From an uncultured Rhodospirillales bacterium (GTDB taxonomy: Bacteria > Pseudomonadota > Alphaproteobacteria > Rhodospirillales > JAPHRK01), in NCBI GenBank assembly GCA_965368335.1, contig CBDUMN010000005.1, positions 105 to 64,104 of the forward strand: a stretch of 64,000 bases of DNA, read 5' to 3'. Both the position numbers and the translations under genes were made by a program. How positions within the stretch are numbered: position 1 is the first letter of the stretch; every line of letters starts with the position of its first letter. Shown here in pieces: positions 14,121 to 22,708 of the stretch. The notes beneath the pieces are model-generated. The model was not told the origin of the DNA. It did no database searches and saw only the letters and a program-made list of their open reading frames with translations.

Positions 14121-17100
14121 GCGCGGCCAGATCGGCGGCAAGCCGCTTCGTTCCGGCGATGCGAAAATCCGTCCGTTCCCAATTGCGCATGAGAACCAGT
14201 TTGTGATCCGGTTTCAACTTGGCCGTTCCGCTCTGGCTGGTGATGAACTCCACCAAACCCTGTGGGTTTTCGACCGTATTGTTTCGGAAGGTCACCGTGC
14301 CCCCTTTGGGGCCTGCGTCGATTTTTTCGATCCCGGCCTTTTTGCAAAGCAGCTTAATCGAAAGGATTTGTAGCAGGTTCTCCACTTCGCCCGGTAAACT
14401 GCCGAAACGATCGACCAGCTCTGCGGCGAAAGAATCGATGTCCCCCTGCTCCACCATTTCGCCGAGCCGCCTGTAAAGGCCCAGACGGACGCCGAGATCG
14501 GCCACGTAGGTTTCGGGGATAAGAACCGGCATACCCAGGTTGATCTGCGGGCTCCATTGTTCTGCCGAGGCTTCTTCGTCGCCCACCCCCTTGGCTTCGG
14601 CCACCGCTTCTTCGAGCATTTTCTGGTAAAGCTCGATCCCGACTTCCCGGATATGCCCCGATTGCTCCTCACCAAGCAGATTGCCGGCTCCCCTGATGTC
14701 GAGATCGTGGCTCGCCAGGGTAAAGCCGGCCCCCAGCGTGTCGAGAGTTTGCATGACTTCGAGGCGCTTTTCGGCCGATGCGGTGACCTTTTGGCGCGGC
14801 GGCAGGGTCAAATAAGCGTAGGCTCGTGTTTTTGAGCGCCCGACCCGTCCTCTGATTTGGTAGAGCTGAGCCAGCCCGAACATATCGGCGCGGTGAACGA
14901 TCAGGGTATTGGCCGTCGGCATATCGAGGCCTGACTCGATGATGTTGGTGCAGAGCAAAATATCGAGCTTTTGCTCTGAAAAGGCGTTCATCACGTCTTC
15001 CAATTCGGAGACCTTCATGCGGCCGTGTGCGATCCCCACCTTGGCGTCCGGTACGAGGCTTTCAAGCTCCTGGGCCACCTTGTCGATATCGGCGATTCGC
15101 GGGCAGACGTAGAAAACCTGCCCTCCCCGGTATCTTTCCCGCTGAATGGCTTCACGGATCACCACGGGATCAAAAGGTAAAACGAAGGTTCGCACGGCCA
15201 AGCGATCAACCGGAGGCGTGGCGATCAGGCTCATTTCCTTCACCCCAGCCAGCGCCATTTGCAGGGTTCTGGGAATCGGTGTCGCCGTAAGGGTGAGAAC
15301 GTGGATATCGGCTTTCAGTTGCTTGAGTTTTTCTTTGTGGGAAACGCCGAAATGCTGTTCTTCGTCGATGATCAGGAGCCCCAATCGGTCGAAATCGATT
15401 CCTTTAGCCAGCAAGGCGTGGGTTCCGACCACGATATCCACCGTGCCGTCGGCCAGCCCTTCCTTGGTTTTCTTGATTTGCGCGGGCGTCACCATGCGGG
15501 AAATTTGCTCGACCCGAATGGGATAGCCGTTGAACCGTTCCGAGAAATTTTTGAAATGCTGACGGCACAGCAAAGTGGTTGGGACGACAACGGCGATTTG
15601 CTTTCCCGCCATGGCCGCGACGAAGGCGGCGCGTAAGGCGACTTCCGTTTTGCCGAACCCTACATCGCCGCAAACGAGACGATCCATGGAGCGGCCGGAA
15701 GCCAAGTCTTCCAAAGTGTCGGCAATGGCGTTGAGTTGCCCATCGGTTTCCGAATAGGGGAAACGGGCGCAAAACTCATCGAACAGCCCTTCTGGCATCG
15801 GAAGGGTTTCGCCTTTGCGCAATTCCCGCTGGGCTGCAACGGCGATGAGTTTATCCGCGATGTCTTTGACCCGTTGTTTAAGCTTGGCCTTCCGGGCTTG
15901 CCAGGCGACGCCGCCCAGTTTGTCGAGCTGCGCCGCCCCTTGGTCGGTGCCGTAGCGGGATAGAACCTCAATATTTTCGACGGGAACGAAAAGCTTGTCG
16001 TCGCCCGCATAGACGACTCTCAGGCAATCATGGGGAGCGCCGGAAACGGTGAGTGTTTCCAGTCCCTTATAAATTCCAATCCCATGCTCCACATGAACGA
16101 CGAGATCGTCCTCGTTGAGCGCCGAGGCTTCGGAGATAAAGTTTTCGGCCCGCATACGGCGCTGTGCCGGGCGGGCGATGCGGTCACCCAGGATGTCCTG
16201 TTCGGTAATGACGGCCAGATCGTCGGATTCGAAGCCGTTCTCCATGCCAAGGACCGCGAGCCCGAGGGCATTAGAGGAATTTCCCTCGAAATCCTTCCAG
16301 TCTTTGATTTTTGCAATCGCATCGAGACCATGCTCTTTCAAGACGTTGGAAAGTCGATCACGCGACCCTTCCGTCCAGGCGGCCAGCAGAACTCTTTTCG
16401 ATTGTCCTGCAAGGCTGGCGAGATGTTCGCTTAAGGAATCGAAAACGTTGATGTTGGGGTTGGCGCGCGCCTCTGCGAAGTCTTTTCCCTTACGGCCTGC
16501 GAAATCCCTGCAAACCCCAGGCCTTTCAGGCTCGGAAAACGGTGTGAGGCTCCCTGTCGGGCGGTTGTCTAACGTGTCCGACCAAGCGGCTTCGCTGAGA
16601 TAGAGCGTTTCTGGAGGGATTGGGTGGTAGGGTGCTTCCTGGCTGCCCGCCCCGGCGAAGCTTTTACGGGCTTCATAGTATTCGTCGATCTGCTCCAGCC
16701 TGAGATTCAAGACTTCATCGACCTGATGATCGAGAAGGATCGAGGCGTCGGGAGCATAGTCGAACAGGGTTTCGAGGGCGTCGTAGAACAGGGGAAGCCA
16801 ATGCTCCATGCCGCCATGCCGCCGTCCTTCCGAAATTGCCGCATAGAGCGGGTCGTCCTGCCCTACATTGCCGAAAAGCGCCCGGTAGCCGTTACGGAAA
16901 CATTCGATATTTTCATCATCGAGAAAAATCTCGGATACCGGAATAACCGAAAACGACTCTTTAGTTTCTTGGCTCCGTTGGCTCATAGGGTCGAACGAGC
17001 GAATGCTTTCCAACTCGTCGCCGAAAAAATCGAGCCGGACCGGTTCTTCGAATCCGCCGGGGAAAACATCGAGTATCCCGCCGCGAACGGCGAACTCTCC

Positions 17101-17601
17101 CGTTTCCATGACCTTGTCTGTGCGCAGATAACCGTTTGAGGATAAAGCGCTTATCAGATCGTTCATCGGCAGTCTGTCGCCGATATGGGCAGTAACCGCT
17201 TTGCCTTCAAAAGCCTGCCTGGGCGGGACTTTTTGCTGGATGGCGGAAACCGTGGTGACGATCAAACGGGGCTTATTTGCCGGGCGCAGCAAGCGACTTA
17301 GAGCTTCGATGCGCTGGGAGACGATTTCACCTTTCGGCGAAACCCGGTCGTAGGGTAGACAATCCCAGGCGGGAAAACCGATGGGATCGAGGTTGGGCGC
17401 GAAAAATCTAAGGGCATCGAGGGTTTTAGCCATGCGGCCATCATCACGGGCGACAAAGATCAGATCGCCCTGCCCCTGCGCGGCTTCGGCAAGGAGTTTG
17501 GAGTCCAGGCCTTCCGGCACGCCGGAGAAGATAAACTTTCCACGCGCCCCCTTTAGATAATCTTTTATTATCGGCACGTTATAGCTGCTTCTTAATATCA
17601 C
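14110..17601 (-). CDS. mfd: Transcription-repair coupling factor
   Basis: 1,163 aa. UvrB-homology N-terminus, CarD-like segment (VHVEHGIGIYKGL), SF2 helicase motifs (CGDVGFGKTEVALRAAF, LIIDEEQHFGV, TLTATPIPRTL, QLYQIRGRVGRS) and the TRCF C-terminal domain. Confidence 0.95.
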   Translation of the reverse strand: MILRSSYNVPIIKDYLKGARGKFIFSGVPEGLDSKLLAEAAQGQGDLIFVARDDGRMAKTLDALRFFAPNLDPIGFPAWDCLPYDRVSPKGEIVSQRIEALSRLLRPANKPRLIVTTVSAIQQKVPPRQAFEGKAVTAHIGDRLPMNDLISALSSNGYLRTDKVMETGEFAVRGGILDVFPGGFEEPVRLDFFGDELESIRSFDPMSQRSQETKESFSVIPVSEIFLDDENIECFRNGYRALFGNVGQDDPLYAAISEGRRHGGMEHWLPLFYDALETLFDYAPDASILLDHQVDEVLNLRLEQIDEYYEARKSFAGAGSQEAPYHPIPPETLYLSEAAWSDTLDNRPTGSLTPFSEPERPGVCRDFAGRKGKDFAEARANPNINVFDSLSEHLASLAGQSKRVLLAAWTEGSRDRLSNVLKEHGLDAIAKIKDWKDFEGNSSNALGLAVLGMENGFESDDLAVITEQDILGDRIARPAQRRMRAENFISEASALNEDDLVVHVEHGIGIYKGLETLTVSGAPHDCLRVVYAGDDKLFVPVENIEVLSRYGTDQGAAQLDKLGGVAWQARKAKLKQRVKDIADKLIAVAAQRELRKGETLPMPEGLFDEFCARFPYSETDGQLNAIADTLEDLASGRSMDRLVCGDVGFGKTEVALRAAFVAAMAGKQIAVVVPTTLLCRQHFKNFSERFNGYPIRVEQISRMVTPAQIKKTKEGLADGTVDIVVGTHALLAKGIDFDRLGLLIIDEEQHFGVSHKEKLKQLKADIHVLTLTATPIPRTLQMALAGVKEMSLIATPPVDRLAVRTFVLPFDPVVIREAIQRERYRGGQVFYVCPRIADIDKVAQELESLVPDAKVGIAHGRMKVSELEDVMNAFSEQKLDILLCTNIIESGLDMPTANTLIVHRADMFGLAQLYQIRGRVGRSKTRAYAYLTLPPRQKVTASAEKRLEVMQTLDTLGAGFTLASHDLDIRGAGNLLGEEQSGHIREVGIELYQKMLEEAVAEAKGVGDEEASAEQWSPQINLGMPVLIPETYVADLGVRLGLYRRLGEMVEQGDIDSFAAELVDRFGSLPGEVENLLQILSIKLLCKKAGIEKIDAGPKGGTVTFRNNTVENPQGLVEFITSQSGTAKLKPDHKLVLMRNWERTDFRIAGTKRLAADLAALNA

Positions 17602-17845
17602 GCACCATCGTCAGGATTTCCGTATCGAATTCCTTTGGCGGTTCGACCTGACCAAGAACCCACTTCAATAAATCAACGTCGTTTTGTTCGATTAGTTTTT
17701 CCAGAGTGGCAAGCTGATCGTCGCTGAAGCTGGCGATATGCCGGTCGGCAAGGGTGCCGAACAGAATATCGTTTTCCTGCATTCCCATGTGGTGACAGCG
17801 AAACCAAACACGTTTTCGGGCGGGATCGAGGCTATTAGGGTCCAT
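17579..17845 (-). CDS. sdhE: Succinate dehydrogenase flavinylation/assembly factor (SdhE/Sdh5, DUF339)
   Basis: 88 aa with RKRVWFRCHHMGMQENDILFG...DDQLATLEKLIEQNDVDLLKWVLG, the typical SdhE pattern. It overlaps the mfd start by 23 nt. Confidence 0.8.
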   Translation of the reverse strand: MDPNSLDPARKRVWFRCHHMGMQENDILFGTLADRHIASFSDDQLATLEKLIEQNDVDLLKWVLGQVEPPKEFDTEILTMVRDIKKQL

Positions 17846-17917
17846 GAAACTTCAACGTCTGTTATAGATTAGGTAAAAGAGGATATAGAGCCTTCAAACC
17901 TTTCTGTCAGCCATCCT

Positions 17918-19999
17918 ATGCGCCCACAAATTCTTTTTCCGTTGTTTGCCAGTTGTAAAACGCTCCCCGGCGTCGGCCCGAAAGTGGCCGAACATATGGA
18001 ACGTTTGGCCGGGCCGCATGTGCTGGACCTTTTGTGGCACCTCCCCTCCGGGCTGGTTGATCGGCGCTTTTCGCCAAAAATTGAAGATGCGCCTTCCGGC
18101 AGTATCGTCACTTTGGACGTTCGGGTGGAAAAACATGTGCCGTCGCAAAACAGGCGGCAGCCTTACAAGGTCCTCTGCGCCGATGAGACCGGCTATATCA
18201 CTTTGGTCTTCTTCCATGCCCGCGGTGATTATTTGGCTAAGCTGTTGCCCGAAGGTGAAGAGCGGGTGGTGAGCGGCAAGATTGAGCGGTTCGGCACGGA
18301 AGTTCAGATGGTTCATCCCGATCATGTGGTTCCTCCGGCTGAAAAGGAAACCGTATGCCGGGTTGAACCCACTTACCCCATGACTGGCGGACTGGCGGCT
18401 AAAACCCTGCGAAAAGCCATTCTAGCGGCGATGACGCAGGTTCCCGAACTGCCTGAATGGAACGACGAAACCTTGCTGAAAAGAGAGGCTTGGCCAAGCT
18501 GGGAAACCGCCGTCTGCGCCGTCCATGAGCCGCAAGGGCCGGAAGACATCGAGGGAGCTTCTCCGGCAAGGCGACGCCTCGCTTATGACGAACTGCTGGC
18601 CAACCAGCTAGCCCTCGCTCTCGTCCGCCTGAATATGCGCAAAACCAAAGGCCGCGCCATCTCAGGGAGCGGCGCTCTCAGGGCCAAGATCATCGAAGCC
18701 CTCCCCTTTGCGCTGACCGGAGCCCAGCAGACCGCTCTGGACGAAATCTCAGCCGATATGGCTTCTTCCTCTCGTATGCTTCGCCTGCTTCATGGCGATG
18801 TTGGCAGCGGCAAAACCGTGGTTGCCTTGCTTTCCATGCTGATTGCCGTTGAACAAGGCTCCCAGGCCGCCCTCATGGCCCCTACTGAGGTTTTGGCCCG
18901 GCAGCATATGGAAACGATAGCTCCTTTGGTCGAGGCGGTCGGTCTAAAAGTGTCTCTTCTGACGGGGCGCGAAAAAGGCAAGACGCGCCGGGAGATTTTA
19001 GAGACGCTGCAAGATGGGACCATTCACCTGATTGTCGGAACCCACGCTTTGTTCCAGGAAGATGTGGTTTTCAACGATCTGGCTTTGGCGGTGATTGATG
19101 AGCAACACCGTTTTGGCGTCCACCAGCGCTTGACCCTTGCTTCCAAAGGCGAAGCGGTCGATATGCTGGTGATGACGGCCACGCCGATCCCGCGCACGCT
19201 CATGCTGACGGCCTATGGCGATATGGACGTTTCGCGCCTTACCGAGAAACCGGCGGGCCGCAAACCGATCAAAACGGTCACAATTCCTGCGGGGCGACTG
19301 GAAGAAGTGGTTTCGGCGGCCTCGCGCGCCATGGAGGATGGACGGAAAATCTATTGGATCTGTCCGCTGGTAGAGGAATCGGAAAAGCTTGATGCCGCTG
19401 CGGCGGAAGAACGTTTCCGCCACCTTCAGGGTATTTTCGGCGCTAAGGTCGGCTTGGTGCATGGCCGGATGAAAGGCCCTGATAAAGACGCCGCCATGGA
19501 AGCCTTTTCCCAAGGCGATGTCGATCTTCTTGTCGCCACGACGGTTGTCGAGGTTGGCGTGGACGTGCCGCAAGCCTCGGTCATGGTTATTGAGCATGCC
19601 GAGAGGTTCGGTCTGGCGCAACTGCATCAATTGAGGGGCCGTATCGGTCGGGGTGAAGCTGAATCGTCCTGTTTGCTGCTCTATTCGGGCCCTCTGGGCG
19701 AAACGGCGAAAGAGCGCCTGAAAGTAATGCGGGAAACGAATGATGGCTTTGTTATTGCCGAAAAAGACCTGAAGCTACGCGGCGCCGGGGAACTGTTGGG
19801 AACTCGCCAAAGCGGTTTGCCTGAATTCAGGCTCGCCGATTTGGCTCTACATGATGAGTTGCTTCCCATGGCGCGAGACGACGCCAGTCTGATTTTGGCG
19901 AACGACCCTTCTTTGGAAGGCGAACGCGGTCAGGCCTTAAGGACCCTTCTCTACTTATTTGAAAGAGATGCCGCTATCCGTTTTCTAAGGTCCGGCTAA
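17918..19999 (+). CDS. recG: ATP-dependent DNA helicase RecG
   Basis: 693 aa. Wedge/OB N-terminus and helicase motifs (LLHGDVGSGKTVVA, VIDEQHRFGV, MTATPIPRTL, LHQLRGRIGRG), then RGAGELLGTRQSG. Confidence 0.95.
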   Translation: MRPQILFPLFASCKTLPGVGPKVAEHMERLAGPHVLDLLWHLPSGLVDRRFSPKIEDAPSGSIVTLDVRVEKHVPSQNRRQPYKVLCADETGYITLVFFHARGDYLAKLLPEGEERVVSGKIERFGTEVQMVHPDHVVPPAEKETVCRVEPTYPMTGGLAAKTLRKAILAAMTQVPELPEWNDETLLKREAWPSWETAVCAVHEPQGPEDIEGASPARRRLAYDELLANQLALALVRLNMRKTKGRAISGSGALRAKIIEALPFALTGAQQTALDEISADMASSSRMLRLLHGDVGSGKTVVALLSMLIAVEQGSQAALMAPTEVLARQHMETIAPLVEAVGLKVSLLTGREKGKTRREILETLQDGTIHLIVGTHALFQEDVVFNDLALAVIDEQHRFGVHQRLTLASKGEAVDMLVMTATPIPRTLMLTAYGDMDVSRLTEKPAGRKPIKTVTIPAGRLEEVVSAASRAMEDGRKIYWICPLVEESEKLDAAAAEERFRHLQGIFGAKVGLVHGRMKGPDKDAAMEAFSQGDVDLLVATTVVEVGVDVPQASVMVIEHAERFGLAQLHQLRGRIGRGEAESSCLLLYSGPLGETAKERLKVMRETNDGFVIAEKDLKLRGAGELLGTRQSGLPEFRLADLALHDELLPMARDDASLILANDPSLEGERGQALRTLLYLFERDAAIRFLRSG

Positions 20000-20892
20000 G
20001 CTTTATCGTCTTTTGCCAGCCCCTCTTCCAGATCGTCTTCATATTCTTCATCTTCTGCATAGGCAAGAGGCTCTTTCTTGGCATCCGCTCCCGCTGGAAC
20101 TTTTTTGGCAACGAGAAGTGGCGTCCTTTCGGACTCACGCAATAGGTCGATATCTTCGTAAGTTGCTGCGGATACGACGGGGGTGGCTTTCTCTTTTGCC
20201 GTGCGACGGTCAGGTGGGGTGACAATACCACCGGAAATGACCATTTTTACGGCTTCCTCAACACTCATGGACAGCGGCACCAACTCTTTTTTGGGAACGA
20301 AGAGCAGAAAACCTGAGGTCGGATTGGGCGTCGTGGGCAGGAAGATATTGATGCATTCTTCCTCGGTGATGTTCTGAACCTCTCCTTCCGTGCGTCCGGT
20401 GATGAAGGCGATAGCCCAAATCCCGCGCCGGGGATATTCGACCAAAACGGCTTCGCGAAATGCCTGTGATTGCTGGGCGAGAACCGTTTCGAGAATTTGT
20501 TTGGTTGCCCCATAGACGCTTCGGACGACCGGAAGTTTGGCCAATATTCCTTCCCATAGTTTGATCAGGAAACGCCCGAGGAAACCGGCCGTCAACATGC
20601 CGACGGTGGTGAGGAAAATGAAGACAATGACGAGACCCAGACCTGGGATGCTGAACGGAAGATAAGTTTCCGGGTGGTACTGGACGGGAATCAGTGGGGT
20701 GACCTTTTCATCGACGAAAGTGATGAAAAGCCAGGCTAGATATATGGTGATCGAGATTGGCGCCGTGACCAGAATACCGGTCAGAAAATAGGCGCGAATG
20801 GATCCGCCGAGGCTAATGGGGGGGGGCTCGATTTTTTTCTTTCTTTTCTTGCGGCCCGTTGGCTTCGCTTCATTAGGCTGGTCGTTCGCCAT
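19996..20892 (-). CDS. DUF502-family membrane protein with a long acidic C-terminal tail
   Basis: N-terminal basic stretch, two TM helices (YFLTGILVTAPISITIYLAWLFITFVD; PGLGLVIVFIFLTTVGML), the conserved ...IPVVRSVYGATKQI...V.VEYPR.G.W...F.T pattern, then the tail ...AEDEEYEDDLEEGLAKDDKA. Confidence 0.8.
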   Translation of the reverse strand: MANDQPNEAKPTGRKKRKKKIEPPPISLGGSIRAYFLTGILVTAPISITIYLAWLFITFVDEKVTPLIPVQYHPETYLPFSIPGLGLVIVFIFLTTVGMLTAGFLGRFLIKLWEGILAKLPVVRSVYGATKQILETVLAQQSQAFREAVLVEYPRRGIWAIAFITGRTEGEVQNITEEECINIFLPTTPNPTSGFLLFVPKKELVPLSMSVEEAVKMVISGGIVTPPDRRTAKEKATPVVSAATYEDIDLLRESERTPLLVAKKVPAGADAKKEPLAYAEDEEYEDDLEEGLAKDDKA

Positions 20893-21289
20893 TACTGTCC
20901 CCTATCCCCGACTGGTCGCCTGCCTGGGCCCTGATTTGCTTGCTCATGGCCCGGATATTTTTGGCGAAAATATTAAGCAGTCCTCGCACGAAAGGATCTG
21001 CGGTTTTTAGTTTGGCGTGAAAAACCGAACTGGTGACGATCATTAAAGTGGATTGCTTAGCGGCTTTGGCCGTAGCCATTCTCGGAGAATTGTCGATCAG
21101 CGCCATTTCACCGAAGATACTGCCCTTGCCAACGGTTCCAAGCACGGCTTTTTCGCCGTTATCGTCACGGGAAATCTCAATGATTCCTTCCTGAACGATA
21201 TAGGCGCACTCGCCGGGGTCTCCTTCGCGGAAAATCGTATCTCCCGCATAATAGACGCGCCGTTCGACAAATCTGGTCGCTCCAGCCAT
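20873..21289 (-). CDS. Stand-alone cyclic-nucleotide-binding (cNMP/Crp-type effector) domain protein
   Basis: GDTIFREGDPGECAYIVQEGIIEISRDDNGEKAVLGTVGKGSIFGEMALIDNSPRMATAKA is a classic cNMP-binding beta-barrel with the FGE..L...PR.A phosphate-binding cassette. No DNA-binding domain follows. The ATG at 21287-21289 is preferred. The 3' end overlaps the DUF502 start by 20 nt. Confidence 0.8.
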   Translation of the reverse strand: MAGATRFVERRVYYAGDTIFREGDPGECAYIVQEGIIEISRDDNGEKAVLGTVGKGSIFGEMALIDNSPRMATAKAAKQSTLMIVTSSVFHAKLKTADPFVRGLLNIFAKNIRAMSKQIRAQAGDQSGIGDSNGERPA

Positions 21290-21450
21290 CACACTCCCCA
21301 ATCAACTGATAATCCTTTCCCGGAACAACGCTTCCGAAGTTTTCGAAGTATCGCGGACATTGGAAAAAAATAAAACCATTGATGAAGGTTGGATTGGAAT
21401 TATGTAACTTTTTCCTCCGTTCACCATCTTTACCCGGGTCCGCTTTGCCT

Positions 21451-21870
21451 ATGCGCGAATATCCAGATAAACCTGTGGTCGCCGTTGGCGCAGTCGTTTT
21501 AAAGAAAAATTCTGTCCTCCTGATAAAAAGAGCCAAAGAGCCTAACAAGGGAAGCTGGAGTCTTCCCGGAGGACGGCAGGAATTGGGGGAAAGCATCGGT
21601 CAAACAGCCGAGCGAGAAGTCTTGGAGGAAACCGGCGTCCGGGTTTCCTCTTCCGCATTGGTCGATATTGTCGATTCCATCACGAGAGACGATCAAGACA
21701 GGATTGTCTATCACTATACCCTTGTGGAAATGCTTTGCATTTGGCTTTCTGGAGAACCGCATGCCGACGACGACGCCCTGGAGGCCCGATGGGTTGATTT
21801 ACAAGAAATTGAAAATATTGGTCTTTGGGATGAAACGGTTCGGATCATCCAGAAAGCCGTTAAGTTGTGA
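21451..21870 (+). CDS. NUDIX hydrolase
   Basis: Nudix box GGRQELGESIGQTAEREVLEETGV. The ATG at 21451 (MREYPDKPVVAVGAVV) is preferred over the upstream start of the track ORF. Confidence 0.85.
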   Translation: MREYPDKPVVAVGAVVLKKNSVLLIKRAKEPNKGSWSLPGGRQELGESIGQTAEREVLEETGVRVSSSALVDIVDSITRDDQDRIVYHYTLVEMLCIWLSGEPHADDDALEARWVDLQEIENIGLWDETVRIIQKAVKL

Positions 21871-21913
21871 GACGCGGATTAAGGAGCTTGGAATAGCTCT
21901 TGACCTTCAGTAA

Positions 21914-21928
21914 GAACTAAAGTAGAAC
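21914..21928. promoter_or_regulatory. Alphaproteobacterial-type SOS (LexA) box, GAAC-N7-GAAC
   Basis: GAACTAAAGTAGAAC ends 58 nt upstream of the lexA ATG. A second, imperfect, oppositely oriented copy GTTTCTATTTTGTTC lies at 21939-21953. Confidence 0.7.
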
Positions 21929-21985
21929 ATTTTTCAACGTTTCTATTTTGTTCCCTGGCGGTGTAACCGTTTTCCGGAGGGCCCA

Positions 21986-22708
21986 ATGCTTACCAAAAAG
22001 CAGCATGAACTTTTGATTTTCATCCATGAAAGACTTCAAAAAACAGGGGTCGCTCCGTCCTTCGATGAAATGAAAGATGCTCTTGATCTCAAGTCAAAAT
22101 CGGGAATTCACCGGCTGATTTCGGCTCTTGAGGAGCGCGGATTCTTACGCCGCTTGGCCCATCGAGCCCGAGCCCTTGAGGTGGTTAAGTTGCCTGAAAA
22201 CCTGGAAGCGACCGCATCGATTCCACAATCCCCGTCGGAAGAAAAAAGTTTCTCGCCGAATGTTATCAAGGGTGAGTTCAATTTGACGGGCGCTTTATCG
22301 TCAAAAGAGGAAACGGGAGCTTCGGAAGTCGCCCACCTGCCGCTTTATGGTCGTATCGCAGCCGGAACGCCTATTGAGGCGCTGCAAGACCCCTCGAGTT
22401 TTGTCGATGTTCCCCCTGGCTTGATTGGCAGTGGCAATCACTATGCCCTTGAAGTGGACGGCGACTCAATGATTGAGGCGGGCATTAACGATGGCGATAC
22501 GGTGATTATTCAGGAATGCGCCAACGCGGAAAACGGCGCCATTGTCGTTGCCTTGGTGGATAATGAGGAAGCAACCTTAAAAAGATTACGCCGTAAGGGG
22601 GAATCTGTGGCCTTGGAGCCTGCCAACGTTGCTTATGAAACCCGAATCTTCCCTCAGGATAGGGTGCGCGTTCAGGGACGTCTTGTCGGTCTTTATCGGC
22701 GTTATTGA
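21986..22708 (+). CDS. lexA: LexA repressor
   Basis: Winged-helix N-terminus ([32 protein letters not shown]), an extended linker as in alphaproteobacteria, an Ala-Gly cleavage context ([11 protein letters not shown]), and the S24 peptidase Ser/Lys motifs ([11 protein letters not shown] ... ATLKRL). Confidence 0.95.
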   Translation: MLTKKQHELLIFIHERLQKTGVAPSFDEMKDALDLKSKSGIHRLISALEERGFLRRLAHRARALEVVKLPENLEATASIPQSPSEEKSFSPNVIKGEFNLTGALSSKEETGASEVAHLPLYGRIAAGTPIEALQDPSSFVDVPPGLIGSGNHYALEVDGDSMIEAGINDGDTVIIQECANAENGAIVVALVDNEEATLKRLRRKGESVALEPANVAYETRIFPQDRVRVQGRLVGLYRRY

